Shown here piece after piece: positions 8,588 through 19,530 of a stretch of DNA of 64,000 nucleotides; position 1 is the first letter of the stretch, and every line of letters begins with the position of its first letter. The notes under the pieces were generated by a model. The model was not told where the DNA came from, made no database searches, and was given only the letters and a program-made list of their open reading frames with translations. The DNA comes from Nannocystis bainbridge (GTDB taxonomy: Bacteria; Myxococcota_A; Polyangia; Nannocystales; Nannocystaceae). The DNA is taken from the NCBI RefSeq assembly GCF_028368995.1, contig NZ_JAQNDL010000003.1:832001-896000 (forward strand), in the 5' to 3' direction. The position numbers and the translations under genes are program-made.

Positions 8588-9709
8588 TCACAGCCACGGA
8601 TCGGCGAGCCGCGGGTCGTTCAAGAACGCGTCGTCGGTGAGGCTGTCGAGGAAGGCCAGCACGTCGGCGCGCTCGTCGTCCGTCAGCTCGAAGCCGCGGA
8701 TGAAGCTGCTCTTGAACGGGTTGGCGCTGCCGACCCCGGCGTTTGGACCGCCCGTGATGGTACGTCCGCCGGCGGCGTAATGGTCGAGCACCTCGGACAG
8801 CGTCGCCACGCTGCCGTCGTGCATGTAGGGCGCCGTCACGGCGATGTTGCGCAGCGTCGGCACGCGGAAGCGGCCCATGTCGGCCGCCACGCCGGTGAAC
8901 TCGTGAAGCCCCGTGTTGCCGGCGGGGTACCTGCCCTCGCCGTCGAGGTTGTAGAGGCCGGTATTATGAAAGATGCCGTTGCGCGGCGGCCTGCCCTCGT
9001 AGGCGATGCTGTCCTGAAAGTTGAAGCCGGCGTGACAATGGAAGCACTCGAGCCTCTCCGAGTTGAAGAGCGCCACGCCGCGCCGCGCCGACTCGGAGAT
9101 GGCACCCCTGTCGCCGCCGAGGTAACGATCGAACGGCGAGTCGCCCGACAGCAAGCTGCGCTCGAAGCTGGCCAGCGCGCGCGTCACGTTCGTCAACGTG
9201 AAAGGGTCGTCGTCGTCCGGGTACGCCTCGGCGAACAGCGCCGCGTAGCGCGGCTCGCCGCGCAGCCGCTCGATCAGCACGTCCTCCATGCCGCGCAGCC
9301 CGAGCTCGACCGGGTCGAAGCCGAACAGCGGCGTCATCATCTGCATCTCGAGGTCGAGCAGCAGCGGATTGGCCCAGGTGTAGGTGGTCGAGTACGCGAT
9401 GTTGACGAGGCTCATCGAGTTGCGAGCCGTAAGCTCGCCGGTCGAGCCGAGCGAGAGCACCTCGCCGTCGCTGAACGCGAGCTCCTGGCGGTGACAGCTG
9501 GCGCACGACTGGCTCTCGTTGCCGGACAGGCGCGCGTCGTAGAAGAGATGGCGCCCGAGCTCCACCTTCTCCGCGCTCATCGGGTTGTCCTCGGGCACGA
9601 GCGGCACAGGCAGGCCGACGCCGAGCGGCCACATGTAGCCGCGGTCCGGCTCGTCGTCGTCACAGGCGACGAGCGCCAGGCAGGCCGTCAGCGCGAGCGC
9701 GGCACGCAT
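8588..9709 (-). CDS. mbnH: MbnH-family di-heme enzyme (cytochrome c peroxidase/MauG superfamily), lipoprotein
   Basis: CASCH and CFHCH heme motifs, [31 protein letters not shown]; translationally coupled to the mbnP-like gene. Confidence 0.88.
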   Translation of the reverse strand: MRAALALTACLALVACDDDEPDRGYMWPLGVGLPVPLVPEDNPMSAEKVELGRHLFYDARLSGNESQSCASCHRQELAFSDGEVLSLGSTGELTARNSMSLVNIAYSTTYTWANPLLLDLEMQMMTPLFGFDPVELGLRGMEDVLIERLRGEPRYAALFAEAYPDDDDPFTLTNVTRALASFERSLLSGDSPFDRYLGGDRGAISESARRGVALFNSERLECFHCHAGFNFQDSIAYEGRPPRNGIFHNTGLYNLDGEGRYPAGNTGLHEFTGVAADMGRFRVPTLRNIAVTAPYMHDGSVATLSEVLDHYAAGGRTITGGPNAGVGSANPFKSSFIRGFELTDDERADVLAFLDSLTDDAFLNDPRLADPWL

Positions 9710-10611
9710 CACTGCACGCGGAAGATCGCCTGGTCGGCGGTGCTGTCGCCGCTGGTCCAGTCGAGGCCCAGCGGGCGGAACATCGACGAGCACAGCGCCT
9801 CGGGCCCGAAGGAGTGACAGGCGCAGGTCGTCTTGCCGTCCTTGTCCTCGCACTCGGCCGCCGGGGTCGCCAGCGTGAGGCCGCTGAACACCGCGCCCCA
9901 GTCGACGGCGACCTTGCCAGTCGCGGCGTCGAAGCCGTCGAGCACGATCTCGGGCCGGTTCGAGTTGGCGCAGGCCACGATCTCGCCGGCCATCGCGTCG
10001 CCCTCGCAGCCGATGCTTCCGACGTGCAGGCCGACCGTGGACGGCGCGTCGGCCTCGACGACGCCCCACGCCGTGAAGAAGATGTGCCCGTAGTTCCAGC
10101 TCCACGACATGGTGGTGTCGTTGAGCGGCGCCGGGGCCTGCGTGAGATCGGTGTGGTTCTGCTCCTGCGGCACGCCGATCTTGAAGCGCAGCCCGACGAA
10201 TTCGTGCCCGCCGCCGTGCGCGCCGCCGTGCCGCGGCTGCGCTGCGACGACGCCCTTGAGGGTGGTGTGCAGCTCCGGCGTACCGTTGGCGCACGCGCCC
10301 GAGCCGTCCTCGAAGTCGATCAAAGCGACGCCGCCACCCTGGTGCACGCCGTCGTCCTCGATCGTGACCGGGTGCTCGTCGCCGTCGGCGGTGACGAGCC
10401 GGACATCGTGCACGTAGAAGCGGAAGTCCTGCGGCGTCGCGCTCGCGCCGTCCTTGCCGAGCCCGTCGTAGGTCTCGCCGCAGGCGAACGGCGCACCGCC
10501 GACGCGCCCCTCGAACACGATCTCGACGGGCTCGTCGGTGAGGCCCGGTTCGTGCGAATCGCAGGCGGGGACGAGCAGCGGGAGAAGGACGACGAGGCGG
10601 GGCAGTTTCAT
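9709..10611 (-). CDS. mbnP: MbnP-family copper-binding lipoprotein
   Basis: PAC lipobox; [28 protein letters not shown] (WxW motif), HVGSIGC, CANSNRP, CHS. Confidence 0.85.
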   Translation of the reverse strand: MKLPRLVVLLPLLVPACDSHEPGLTDEPVEIVFEGRVGGAPFACGETYDGLGKDGASATPQDFRFYVHDVRLVTADGDEHPVTIEDDGVHQGGGVALIDFEDGSGACANGTPELHTTLKGVVAAQPRHGGAHGGGHEFVGLRFKIGVPQEQNHTDLTQAPAPLNDTTMSWSWNYGHIFFTAWGVVEADAPSTVGLHVGSIGCEGDAMAGEIVACANSNRPEIVLDGFDAATGKVAVDWGAVFSGLTLATPAAECEDKDGKTTCACHSFGPEALCSSMFRPLGLDWTSGDSTADQAIFRVQ

Positions 10612-10861
10612 GGTTCGATGTGCCTGGGCAGCGGCACCGACCCTACGGAGGATCGAGCGCGCTGTCTCTGCGACGTGATGTCGCGGCACTTCTGTGGCGC
10701 GCGACGAGTCGGTCATTCGTGCGGAGCTTCTGCCAGGGGCCCTCGCACAGGGATGCATCGCCGGCGGCGGCCTCGCACTGCGTCCTGCGACCGTCGAGCT
10801 CGCCCGCCGAGAACGCCTCCGCAGCGGCGTCACACGGCGCCTCGGCCTCGCGCCGCTGGCG

Positions 10862-11030
10862 GACGTGCGACAGGCGGTCGCAGCGGCGCCAAAACTACAT
10901 GTCCCTTGGGACATATCATTCTCCGGCTCATCCTCGCCTGCGTCGACGACATGCGACAGGCGGTCGCAGCGACACCCTCTCTACGTGTCTCTTGGGACAT
11001 CTACAACTCCGGCTCACTCACGCCTGCGCC
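10862..11030. repeat. 86-bp direct repeat (2 copies), each carrying a 14-bp-spaced CATG palindrome pair
   Basis: gcgacaggcggtcgcagcg units start 86 bp apart (10862, 10948); ctccggctca at 10921 and 11007; cores at 10898/10912 and 10984/10998. Confidence 0.8.
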
Positions 11031-11162
11031 GAAGTCGATGCGCTCACCCGACGAGCCAGTCACGCGTCGAAGCTGAGCATGGCGTCGGGGTCGGCGCCGG
11101 TCGGGGTGGTGTCGGCGATGATAAAATTAGGGTCAGAGGGATCGGCGATCAAGATCGTGGGC

Positions 11163-12484
11163 ATGGCAAGCTCCTGGCCGAATTCGAGGAGGACGACGGC
11201 CCGCTCAGCTTCGACGGCGCCGCGCCGACGCTCGCCGACCGCAGCACCCGCGAGCGCTGGCTGCAGAGCGCGCTCAAGGCCCTGGTCGCCCCCACCCTCA
11301 CCGTCGACGGCCTAGTCGGTCCGCGCACCTTCCGGGCCGTGCAGCTGTTCCAGCGCCGCTCGCCGGCCCTCGGCGGCGGCCCGCTGACGGTCGACGGCCT
11401 GGTCGGACCACGCACCATCGCCGCGCTCGAGCGGCTGACTCGCAGCACCGCCCCGACCGCCGCGGCCGCACAACCTCCTTCGCCTCCCGCGACCGCGGCG
11501 ACGCCGACCGCCGGCGCGCTGCAGGTGAGCGAGCGCCAGGTCGACGGCGTCACCGAGTACGCGATCCGCAGCGGCGACGACGAGGTGCGGTTCTCCTACT
11601 GGACCTCGAACTACCGCAATTACAAGCCCCACAACGTCAGCCGTCATTCGGGCGCGCGCAAGGGCCTGCTGGCGGACGCGCAGATCCTCGAGATCGGCTA
11701 TTCGCGCAGCGAGCTCAAGATCTTGCAAGCCAACGCCCTGAAGGAGTCGGGCGGCGCGTTCGGGGCGATCAACACCTGGGACGACCAGCTCGTGTCGTGG
11801 GGCATGGCCCAATTCGCGGGCCAGGCGGGCACGCTGGCGGCGCTGCTGGCCGAGCTCAAGGAGAGCCCGCGCACCCGCGCCAGCTTCTCGCGGTGGTTCG
11901 TCGCCAACGGGCTCGACGTCGCCCGCGGCGAGTACCCGTGGAGGAACGGCCAGACCAAGGTCGGCTGGCACGTGGTGATCTCGACCCGCGACGGCCGGAC
12001 CCTGCGCGGCAACGACGGCTGGAAGCACGCGCGCAGCGAGCCGCGGCTGCTCGGCGCGTTCATGCTGGCCGGCAACGATCCGGCGATCCAGCTCGGCCAG
12101 ATCGAGTTCTGGCGCCGCGCCTTTTTGGCGCGCGCGATCGTCAAGCACGTCGGCAAGCGCGCCGACGGCTCGGGCGGCGGCGCCGTCCGCCGCTTCATCA
12201 CCTCCGAGCGCGGCCTCGCGGTGCTGGTGCGCCTCCACAACTGGATGCCCGGCCACGTCGCGACCTGGTCGAATCGCTTCATCGCCGAGCTGCAGGCGAA
12301 AAACCCGAAGCTCGACCTCGCGGACCCCTTCCATTGGAGCCAGCAGCTCGAGGACGCGTTTGTCACCCGGGTCTGCGACGAGCGCAAGCGGGTCAAGTCC
12401 GGCAGCTACGACACCCTACTGCCCTCGACCTCTCGCGCACCCGCGGCAGCTTCGTGCTCACGGCCCCTACGAGGACGCCAGTAG
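11163..12484 (+). CDS. peptidoglycan-binding protein with putative lysozyme-like catalytic domain; probably frameshifted at both ends
   Basis: two LTVDGLVGPRT PG-binding motifs; ESGGAFGAINTWDD..SWGMAQF; ATG 11163 is out of frame, and the likely C-terminus ALDLSRTRGSFV lies in another frame after ~12415. Confidence 0.65.
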
Positions 12485-12580
12485 CCCATGATGCACGCGT
12501 ATGCCGAACATCGAAGTCAACACCCACGCGATTGGCGGAAGCCCCGCTGCTCACCCGCGACCTGCAGCACGAGGACCGGC

Positions 12581-14722
12581 TCAGCCGGCGTGTACCGGCG
12601 ATGAGGCGCGGAGGGCGTCGATGCGCCACTCGAACTCCTGGCGGAGGTAGCGGCTGATGCCCAGGCCGCCGAAGCGCCGCCGGCCCTCGCGGTCGAGGAA
12701 CCAGGTGGTGGGATAGGCCTGGACCCCGGCGCGGTCGGCGTAGCCGTCGTCCATCAGCACGGGGAACGGGAGCTGGCGCTCGCGCACCCACTGAGCGACG
12801 TCGCCGAGGCTGCCGCCGTAGTGGAGGCTGACCACGGCGACGTCGGGATCGTCGGCGTGAGCGGCGGCGAACGCCGAGAACTCGGGCAATTCCACCAAGC
12901 AGCCGCCGCAGGTCTTGAACCAGAAATGCAGCACGACGAGCTTGCCGCGCAGCGACGCGAGGGTGATCTCGCGGCCGTCGATGCTGCGCAGCGAGAAGTC
13001 GGGCGGGGTCGCGGCGGACTCGTCGTACTCGGCGAGGATCTTCCGCTTGCGGCGCTCGGCCGAGCGCGCCTCGACTTCCTCGAAGTACTGCGACAGGCCG
13101 CGGGCGCTGCCGGTGCGCGCGCGGTGGAGGTCGGCGAGGGCGTCGCGGCAGCGCTCGCCGCCCTCACCCGCCAGACCGAGGCCGGCGACGAGGTGGAGCT
13201 CGGCGGCGTCGAAGTCGCCGCGGCGGCGCGCGACCTCGGCGAGCCCGAGCTGGAGCTCGGCGAACGGTCCGAGGCCGTGGATCTCGGCGCGGCGGAAGGC
13301 GGTCTGGGCGTCGTCGAGGCGACCTGCCTTCAGGGCCAGGCCGCCAAGGGTCGTGTTGCCGTCCGATACGAGGGATCGGCGGATCAGGTCGATGTGCTCC
13401 GATCCGGCCTCGCGCCAGGCGCGGGCGTAGGCCTCGGTGGCCTCGACGCCGGCGCGCGCGAGCTCGCCGGCGCGCTCGTGATAGGGCGTGCGAGCGAACA
13501 GCGCGCGGGCGCCGTTGAGCTTCGGGTGCGGCTCCTCGGGGTCGTGGGCGACCATGTCCTCGACGGCTGCGAGGATCGCCTCGGGGGTGGCCGCGGGGTC
13601 GGCGAGGCGGGCCTCGAAGCGCCAGCGAGCGACGTCGGCGAGCTTGCTCGGGTCGTGGTGATGCGGGCGCGCGAGGAAGGCCGCGAGCATGGTGTCGCGC
13701 AGCAGCGCGGCCTCGGCGTCGGCGGGCGTGCTACCGGCGGCGCGGAGGTCGAGGCGGCGGTGCAGCACCGACTCGGCCTCGGGGCTGTCGGGGTGCTCGG
13801 CGAGGAGCCGCTGCTCGAGCGGCGCCGCGTGGCCGGCCCGCCCGAGACCACGCGCGCCCTCGACGGCGGCGAGCAGGATGTCGGGCCGGTCGGGGTGCCC
13901 GGCGACGGCCCCGTCGATGTCCGCGAGCACAGCTTCGACACCGCCGCCGGCGCCCGGCTGGAGCTGCGCCAGGTGCCAGCGCAGCCCCAGCAGCGCCGGC
14001 GCGTCGGGGGCGCGCCGGAGCCCGGCCTCGGCCCACGCGAGCGCCTCGACCGGCCGCCCGTGCTGCGCCAGCATCGACGCGGCCGCCTCGGCGACGGCGA
14101 TGAACTCGGGGTCGTCTGGCGCGACGCCGCCGGCGAGCGACAGCGCCTCGGGCAGGCGCGTGGGGTCGCTGCGCGCCGCGTCGGAGAGGGCGAACACCCG
14201 CGCCGAGGCCGGCACGCCTGGTTCGGCGGCGGCGAGCGCGAGGAGCTGCGCGGGGCGTCGCATGTGTTTGAGCAGCCAGGCGCGCGCGACGACGGCGTCG
14301 GCGTGCTCGGGGAGGCTGTGGAGCAGCGCCTCGGAGCGGGCGAACAGCGTCGGCTCGATGTTGCCGCCGCCGAGGCCCGCGAGCACGGCCGCCAGCTCGG
14401 CCCACGGGTCACCTGGCTTTTCGGACAGCATGGCCGCGGCCAGCGTCGCGGCCTCGTCCAGGCGCCCGGCCGCCGCGACGCAGCCGATCCACCACGCGCG
14501 CAGGCGGCCGCTGGCGAGGTGCTGCCGCACGAGGGGCTCGCCGTCGCGGGCGCAACCAAAGCTGTCGAGGGCGGTGAGGCGGTCGCGCAGGACGTCGGCG
14601 GCGATGTCGGCGGGATCGAGGACGACCGGGGCCGGCCGCTCGGGCGCGGCGCGTGCACATCCGACGAGCGTCAGCGCGAGGGCGAGGGCGATGGTCGTTC
14701 GAACAGCAAGGGTGTCAGGCAT
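12581..14722 (-). CDS. TPR-rich lipoprotein with C-terminal TlpA-like thioredoxin domain
   Basis: LVGC lipobox; helical repeats; LHFWFKTCGGCLVELP (CxxC) and AYPTTWFLDREG. Confidence 0.85.
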   Translation of the reverse strand: MPDTLAVRTTIALALALTLVGCARAAPERPAPVVLDPADIAADVLRDRLTALDSFGCARDGEPLVRQHLASGRLRAWWIGCVAAAGRLDEAATLAAAMLSEKPGDPWAELAAVLAGLGGGNIEPTLFARSEALLHSLPEHADAVVARAWLLKHMRRPAQLLALAAAEPGVPASARVFALSDAARSDPTRLPEALSLAGGVAPDDPEFIAVAEAAASMLAQHGRPVEALAWAEAGLRRAPDAPALLGLRWHLAQLQPGAGGGVEAVLADIDGAVAGHPDRPDILLAAVEGARGLGRAGHAAPLEQRLLAEHPDSPEAESVLHRRLDLRAAGSTPADAEAALLRDTMLAAFLARPHHHDPSKLADVARWRFEARLADPAATPEAILAAVEDMVAHDPEEPHPKLNGARALFARTPYHERAGELARAGVEATEAYARAWREAGSEHIDLIRRSLVSDGNTTLGGLALKAGRLDDAQTAFRRAEIHGLGPFAELQLGLAEVARRRGDFDAAELHLVAGLGLAGEGGERCRDALADLHRARTGSARGLSQYFEEVEARSAERRKRKILAEYDESAATPPDFSLRSIDGREITLASLRGKLVVLHFWFKTCGGCLVELPEFSAFAAAHADDPDVAVVSLHYGGSLGDVAQWVRERQLPFPVLMDDGYADRAGVQAYPTTWFLDREGRRRFGGLGISRYLRQEFEWRIDALRASSPVHAG

Positions 14723-14826
14723 CGTCGGCTCGTACGCGCGGCGGGAAGCGGCGATCTCTCGCCATTGTATATCAGGCGGATCGAAGCGCGTAGAGAGGCC
14801 GCGCTGCGAACCGGTCGCTGGCGGAA

Positions 14827-15672
14827 TCATTGGAACGCGAGCGTCGCGCGGCCGTGGATCAGCTTGACCGGCGAACCGCCCTCCCAGCCCACGATCGTCA
14901 GGGTCGCGTCGCAGCCGATCGTGAGCTGGTACAGCATGGCCCCGAGACCATGAAACGGCCCGCCGGCGGCGACGCGAATGTCGGCGCACGCGGGTACCCC
15001 GGACGGTCCGAGGCCGCACAGAAATGCGGTGTGGATCTTGTCGCCGCCGGGCGGTCCGACCTGGGCGATCGCGGTGACCTCCGCGCCGCCGTCGCCGAGT
15101 CGGTCCGCCGCGACCACCTGCGTGACGTGGGCCAGCTGCGCCTCGTCCTCGCGGCGGTGCGGCCAGCGCGTGCGGGCCAGCGTGTGCGCCCACCAGCCCT
15201 GGGCGGTGCGCACCAGCAAGACGTGCTCGGGCAGGTTGTCCGGCCCGGGCGGCCGCCTCCCGTCGCCCGTCATGCAATGGACGATCTCCGCGAACGGCTC
15301 CGCTGTCATGTTCGCGCGGTCGGTGCAATCCGGCTGGAGCTCTTCGCGGGTCGCGAACGGCCCGCGCATCGGCTGACTCGGCCACACGCCGAGGTCGTGG
15401 CCCGGCGTGGCCGCGGCGTCGTCGATGAAATTATCGTGGTAGGGCGGCGGCACGATGAACGGCGCGGTGCAGGTCGAGGGCAGCGCGACCACCGGCGCCG
15501 CCACCACCGGCGCCGCCACCACCGGCGCCGCCACCACCGGCGCTGCGCTCGGCGGGGCCGGCGTCGACGGTGCGAATGTCGAAGCAGGACCCGGCGGCGG
15601 ATCGGCGGTTTGGCCACCCGAACCACCGCAGGACAAGACGAGCGACAGGGCGGTGGTCTGGGCGCGGCGCAC
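14827..15672 (-). CDS. hypothetical lipoprotein with AAPVV repeats
   Basis: LSLVLSC lipobox, 15-bp tandem repeat at ~15487-15545, paired Cys residues; start codon uncertain. Confidence 0.6.
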   Translation of the reverse strand: MRRAQTTALSLVLSCGGSGGQTADPPPGPASTFAPSTPAPPSAAPVVAAPVVAAPVVAAPVVALPSTCTAPFIVPPPYHDNFIDDAAATPGHDLGVWPSQPMRGPFATREELQPDCTDRANMTAEPFAEIVHCMTGDGRRPPGPDNLPEHVLLVRTAQGWWAHTLARTRWPHRREDEAQLAHVTQVVAADRLGDGGAEVTAIAQVGPPGGDKIHTAFLCGLGPSGVPACADIRVAAGGPFHGLGAMLYQLTIGCDATLTIVGWEGGSPVKLIHGRATLAFQ

Positions 15673-15758
15673 TGCGCATGTCTTACGCCCAAACCAGGTG
15701 CGAGGGTACACCGCGCCGGCTTCGAGCCGTGACGCCTGTGGCCGGCGCACCACTGCGA

Positions 15759-15977
15759 TCAGGGCCGAGCGGTCGGGCTCGTCGATGACGCCGCGGCGCT
15801 GCGCCGGCGCTCTCGCACGCGCATCCCCGCCGCACCGACGATCACCAGCGCAAGGGCGATCGGCGGCTCCGGCACGGGGATGCTCGCCGAGTACCAGCCG
15901 GTCCCGCGGTGAACGGCCGCGTCGGCCGGCGGCACGTCCGCGACCACGAGGAGGTTGACGAGCGCGAGGCTGAGCAT
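15759..15977 (-). CDS. small protein ending in a PEP-CTERM-like sorting signal
   Basis: MLSLALVNLLVVAD...VPEPPIALALVIVGAAGMRVRERRR. Confidence 0.45.
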   Translation of the reverse strand: MLSLALVNLLVVADVPPADAAVHRGTGWYSASIPVPEPPIALALVIVGAAGMRVRERRRSAAASSTSPTARP

Positions 15978-16280
15978 GTCGCCCAGCGTACTACGCCACG
16001 CGCCGGCGAGCGAAGCCGTCGGTCGGGTGTGGCCGTCGCGCCGCAGGGCGAGCTCATCCTGGTGACTCGGAGCGAGGCCTCTCGCTCCGGCGCACGCCGC
16101 GACCCGTGGCCGGAAGAGCGCGGCCGAGCCGTCGCTCAGGGCGTCGGCCGCGTGGTGCGGAGGAACATCGGTCGCCGGCGCTCGAGACCTGCGACGCCAT
16201 GGACGCGCTGCCGGTCGCAAATCTCGACGGGCAATTCGCCGGTGAACCGCGGATCAGCGCGGTAGTATAGACCATATTCC

Positions 16281-16760
16281 ATGCCGGTCATCGAGCTCGT
16301 CACGCCGATCCACGCCCCGATCGAGCGCTGCTTCGACCTCGCCCGCAGCGTCGAAGTCCACCTCGCCGGCGCGGGCGAGACCGGCGAGCGCGCGGTCGCG
16401 GGCGTCGTGCGCGGCCTCCTCGGCCCGGGCGACGAGGTCACCTGGCGCGCCCGTCACTTCGGCGTGTGGCAACTGCTGACCAGCAGGATCACCGTGTTCG
16501 AGCGCCCGCGTCGCTTCCGCGACTCGATGACGCGCGGCGCGTTCGCTCGCTTCGACCACGACCACCTGTTCGAGGCTGACGCCGATCGCACGATCATGCG
16601 CGACCGCTTCGACTTCACGTCGCCGCTCGGCCCGCTCGGTCGACTCGCCGACGCCCTGGTCCTCACTCGCTACATGCGCGGCTTCCTGGTCGAGCGCAAC
16701 CGAATGCTGCGGGAGATCGCCGAATCGGACCGATGGAGCGAGCTCCTCGCAAATCGATGA
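16281..16760 (+). CDS. SRPBCC (START-like) family protein
   Basis: IHAPIERCFDLARSVEVH, VTWRARHFG, GAFARFDHDHLFE, MRDRFDFTSPLG. Confidence 0.88.
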   Translation: MPVIELVTPIHAPIERCFDLARSVEVHLAGAGETGERAVAGVVRGLLGPGDEVTWRARHFGVWQLLTSRITVFERPRRFRDSMTRGAFARFDHDHLFEADADRTIMRDRFDFTSPLGPLGRLADALVLTRYMRGFLVERNRMLREIAESDRWSELLANR

Positions 16761-16831
16761 ATACGAATTCCCGCCGCTCGTGGCCATACCTTGTCCGCGC
16801 GCCCACGCAAGCGCGCCTCGCCGGCCGCGAT

Positions 16832-18079
16832 CTACTCGAAGAGCGACAGGGGCACGGCGTCGGCCATCGCCTGGTAGCCGGCGTCGTTGGGATGCAGGTG
16901 ATCGCCGCTATCGAACGCGGCGAGGATCCGGGTGGGGTGTTTTGGGTCGCGCACGGCCGCCTCGAAATCGATCATCCCATCGAACGCGTCGTTGTCGCGG
17001 ATCCACGTATTGACGGTCTGCCGAATCTCCTCCCCCTCGAGTGAATAGTACGGCGGAAATGCGGCCTCGAACGGCATGATCGTGCCGACCAAGGCCGTGA
17101 CCCCCTTCGCTCTCGCCTCATCGGCCAGCGACTCGAGTCCGTCGATCAGCTCGTCCGCCGTCACGCTCTCGGAGGGCCCGACGAACCCCGGCATGCCGAT
17201 GTCGTTGATCCCGATCAGGATGATGGCATGACTCACTCCCGGCGTGCCGAGGACTTCACGCTCGAAGCGCGACAGCCCGCTCGGTCCGAGCGAGTCCCGC
17301 AGCAGCCGGTTTCCGCCGAGCCCGTGGTTGACGACCGCGACCGATCGGGTCTGCTCGTCCTCCTGCAAGCGCGCGAAGAGGCGATCCGGATAGCTTCTGG
17401 GCGCGTCGACGGTCGAGGAGGTCCCATCCGTGATCGAGTCGCCGAAAGTGACGACCACCCTGTCGGTCTCCGCCGACTCGACCTCGACGCCAGCGAGCCA
17501 GAAGGTCGACGACAGCGGGCCCGAATCGCTCAGGCGCTCGCTCGCCGCCTGGTTGCCGCTTGCGACCGCGTGCGTCCTCGACGAGAACGGGTGCCACGTC
17601 GCGAGTTCAGTCGGCTGCGAGACGTACACGCTGACGATCAGGCGGTCGCCCGGGCGGACCTCGAGGTCCACGTCGTCGCTCGTCACCTCGGCGGCCGCCG
17701 CGATCGTCACGCCCTGCCCGCCGCCGAATTGGACCGGCCGATCGCTCCCGGGCGCCGTGACGAGCGCCTCGAGCTCCTTCGCCACCCGGACCTCGGCGAG
17801 CTCGAGCGGCCGGCTCCCGAAGCGATTGGATAGCCGGAGCCGGACCCGATCGCCCGAGGCGGTGACGGTGACCGTCTGACGCAGCGTCTCGTCGCTGAAG
17901 CTGCGCGACTTCAGCTCGACGATCTCCGTGCCCGGCTCCATCATGCTCGTCGCCCAGCCGGCGACCCAGCGCGCGTCCGGCCCGGCGTCCGCGCCGCAGC
18001 CGGCAACGGCGAGGGCCAAAACGAACCCACCCCTCTTCGCCAGGCGGGTGAAATCAGGTCGCACGGTCCCATTCTTCAT
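16832..18079 (-). CDS. SGNH/GDSL hydrolase lipoprotein
   Basis: FGDSITDG, NHGLGGNRLL, GINDIG and DHLHPN catalytic blocks; VAGC lipobox. Confidence 0.9.
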   Translation of the reverse strand: MKNGTVRPDFTRLAKRGGFVLALAVAGCGADAGPDARWVAGWATSMMEPGTEIVELKSRSFSDETLRQTVTVTASGDRVRLRLSNRFGSRPLELAEVRVAKELEALVTAPGSDRPVQFGGGQGVTIAAAAEVTSDDVDLEVRPGDRLIVSVYVSQPTELATWHPFSSRTHAVASGNQAASERLSDSGPLSSTFWLAGVEVESAETDRVVVTFGDSITDGTSSTVDAPRSYPDRLFARLQEDEQTRSVAVVNHGLGGNRLLRDSLGPSGLSRFEREVLGTPGVSHAIILIGINDIGMPGFVGPSESVTADELIDGLESLADEARAKGVTALVGTIMPFEAAFPPYYSLEGEEIRQTVNTWIRDNDAFDGMIDFEAAVRDPKHPTRILAAFDSGDHLHPNDAGYQAMADAVPLSLFE

Positions 18080-18192
18080 GAAATTCAGCATTGTTTGTGC
18101 CCTCGGTGGGCGCGGCGCCCCGGCCCCACCTGCTCGTCGAACGAGGGCCCGCCGGATCGACACGGCGAGCCGCAGGCGGGTCGTTTTTTTTA

Positions 18193-19530
18193 GGCTCTTC
18201 AGGGTTGAGGGTGGCGTGGGTTGCGCGCGAAATCGCGCCGTGATACCGTGCGCGAATGGCAGAGACCGAACTCTATGCCCGCATTCTCGGTATCGAGGCT
18301 CCCTGGCGTGTTGCTGCGGTGAAGCTGCAGCTCGGGCAGGGGCAGATCGTCATCGAGGTCGAGCACGACTCCGATGTGCCGACGAGGTGCCCGGAGTGTG
18401 ACCAGGCTGTTCCCCGTCACGATACACGGACTCGTCGATGGCGGCACCTCGATACGTGTCAGTATCGGACGATCATCGAAGCCGGCGTACCGCGGACGTC
18501 GTGCCCGAAGCACGGTACGCTGACGATGCGCGTCTCTTGGGCGGACGGTAGCGCCCGGCTCACCGCGCTGTTCGAGGCGCTGGTGATCGACTGGCTCCGC
18601 GAGGCGTCGATCGCAGTGGTCGCGGAGCGCCTCGGCCTCTCGTGGGATCAGGTCGCCGGCGTCCAGGAGCGTGCAGTACAACGTGGACTCGAGCGCCGCG
18701 AGGTCGCGCTGCCGTCGATGCTCGCCGTCGACGAGACCTCCTTCCAGCGGCGCCACGAGTACGTCACGATCGTGCATGACCCGAAGTCCGCCAGCAAGCG
18801 GGTCATCCACGTCGCCGACGGACGCGGCAAAGGGGCCCTCAAGGGCTTCCTGAGCGGCTTTTCGCGCCCAGAGAGGGCTGCGGTCTCGGTGGTCGTCATG
18901 GACATGCACGAGCCCTACATTCAAGCTGTCCGCGAGGCCATCCCCGATGGCGACGCGAAGATCGCCTTCGACAAGTACCACGTCGCCGCGCGCCTCGGTC
19001 AAGCCGTCGACCACGTGCGACGCGAGGAACACCGCGCTCTCCACGGCCTCGGCGACGACCGGCTCAAGGGCACCAAGTACCTCTGGCTGCGCAACCCCGA
19101 ACGGATGAGCAAGGAGGTCTGGGACGACTTCGAGGCGCTGCGGACGAGCTCGCTGCGGACGGCCCGCGCGTGGGCGCTCAAGGAGGCGGCGATGGAGGTC
19201 TGGGAGCACACCTCGCCGAGCAACATGCGGGATCAATGGGCCATGTGGTACGATTGGGCCATCCGCTCTCGCCTGGAGCCGATGAAGGCCGCCGCGCGCA
19301 TGGTCAAGAATCACCTCGGCGGCATCATCCATGCAGCCACCGAACGGATCACCAACGCCTCTGCCGAGGGCCTCAACTCGGTCATCCAGAAGCTCAAGTA
19401 CGTCGCCCGCGGCTTCCGTAACCGCGAGCGCTTCCGAGATGCGATCTACTTCCACCTCGGCGGCCTCGACCTCTATCCTGCCGGGATCACGCGCTGAATC
19501 AGCGGTATCCACCACAAACCCTGAAGAGCC
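18193..19530 (+). mobile_element. ISL3-family insertion sequence, complete
   Basis: terminal inverted repeats GGCTCTTCAGGGTT (18193) and AACCCTGAAGAGCC (ends 19530); 8-bp target duplication TTTTTTTA at 18185-18192 and 19531-19538. Confidence 0.95.
18256..19497 (+). CDS. ISL3-family transposase
   Basis: CPEC...CPKHG zinc finger, AVDETS, MDMHEPY, FDKYHV, TNASAEGLNSVIQ, ARGFRN. Confidence 0.95.
   Translation: MAETELYARILGIEAPWRVAAVKLQLGQGQIVIEVEHDSDVPTRCPECDQAVPRHDTRTRRWRHLDTCQYRTIIEAGVPRTSCPKHGTLTMRVSWADGSARLTALFEALVIDWLREASIAVVAERLGLSWDQVAGVQERAVQRGLERREVALPSMLAVDETSFQRRHEYVTIVHDPKSASKRVIHVADGRGKGALKGFLSGFSRPERAAVSVVVMDMHEPYIQAVREAIPDGDAKIAFDKYHVAARLGQAVDHVRREEHRALHGLGDDRLKGTKYLWLRNPERMSKEVWDDFEALRTSSLRTARAWALKEAAMEVWEHTSPSNMRDQWAMWYDWAIRSRLEPMKAAARMVKNHLGGIIHAATERITNASAEGLNSVIQKLKYVARGFRNRERFRDAIYFHLGGLDLYPAGITR

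Noticed and set aside
8588-10611. Methanobactin biosynthetic cluster
   Set aside because: No mbnA, mbnB or mbnC; mbnPH pairs commonly occur on their own
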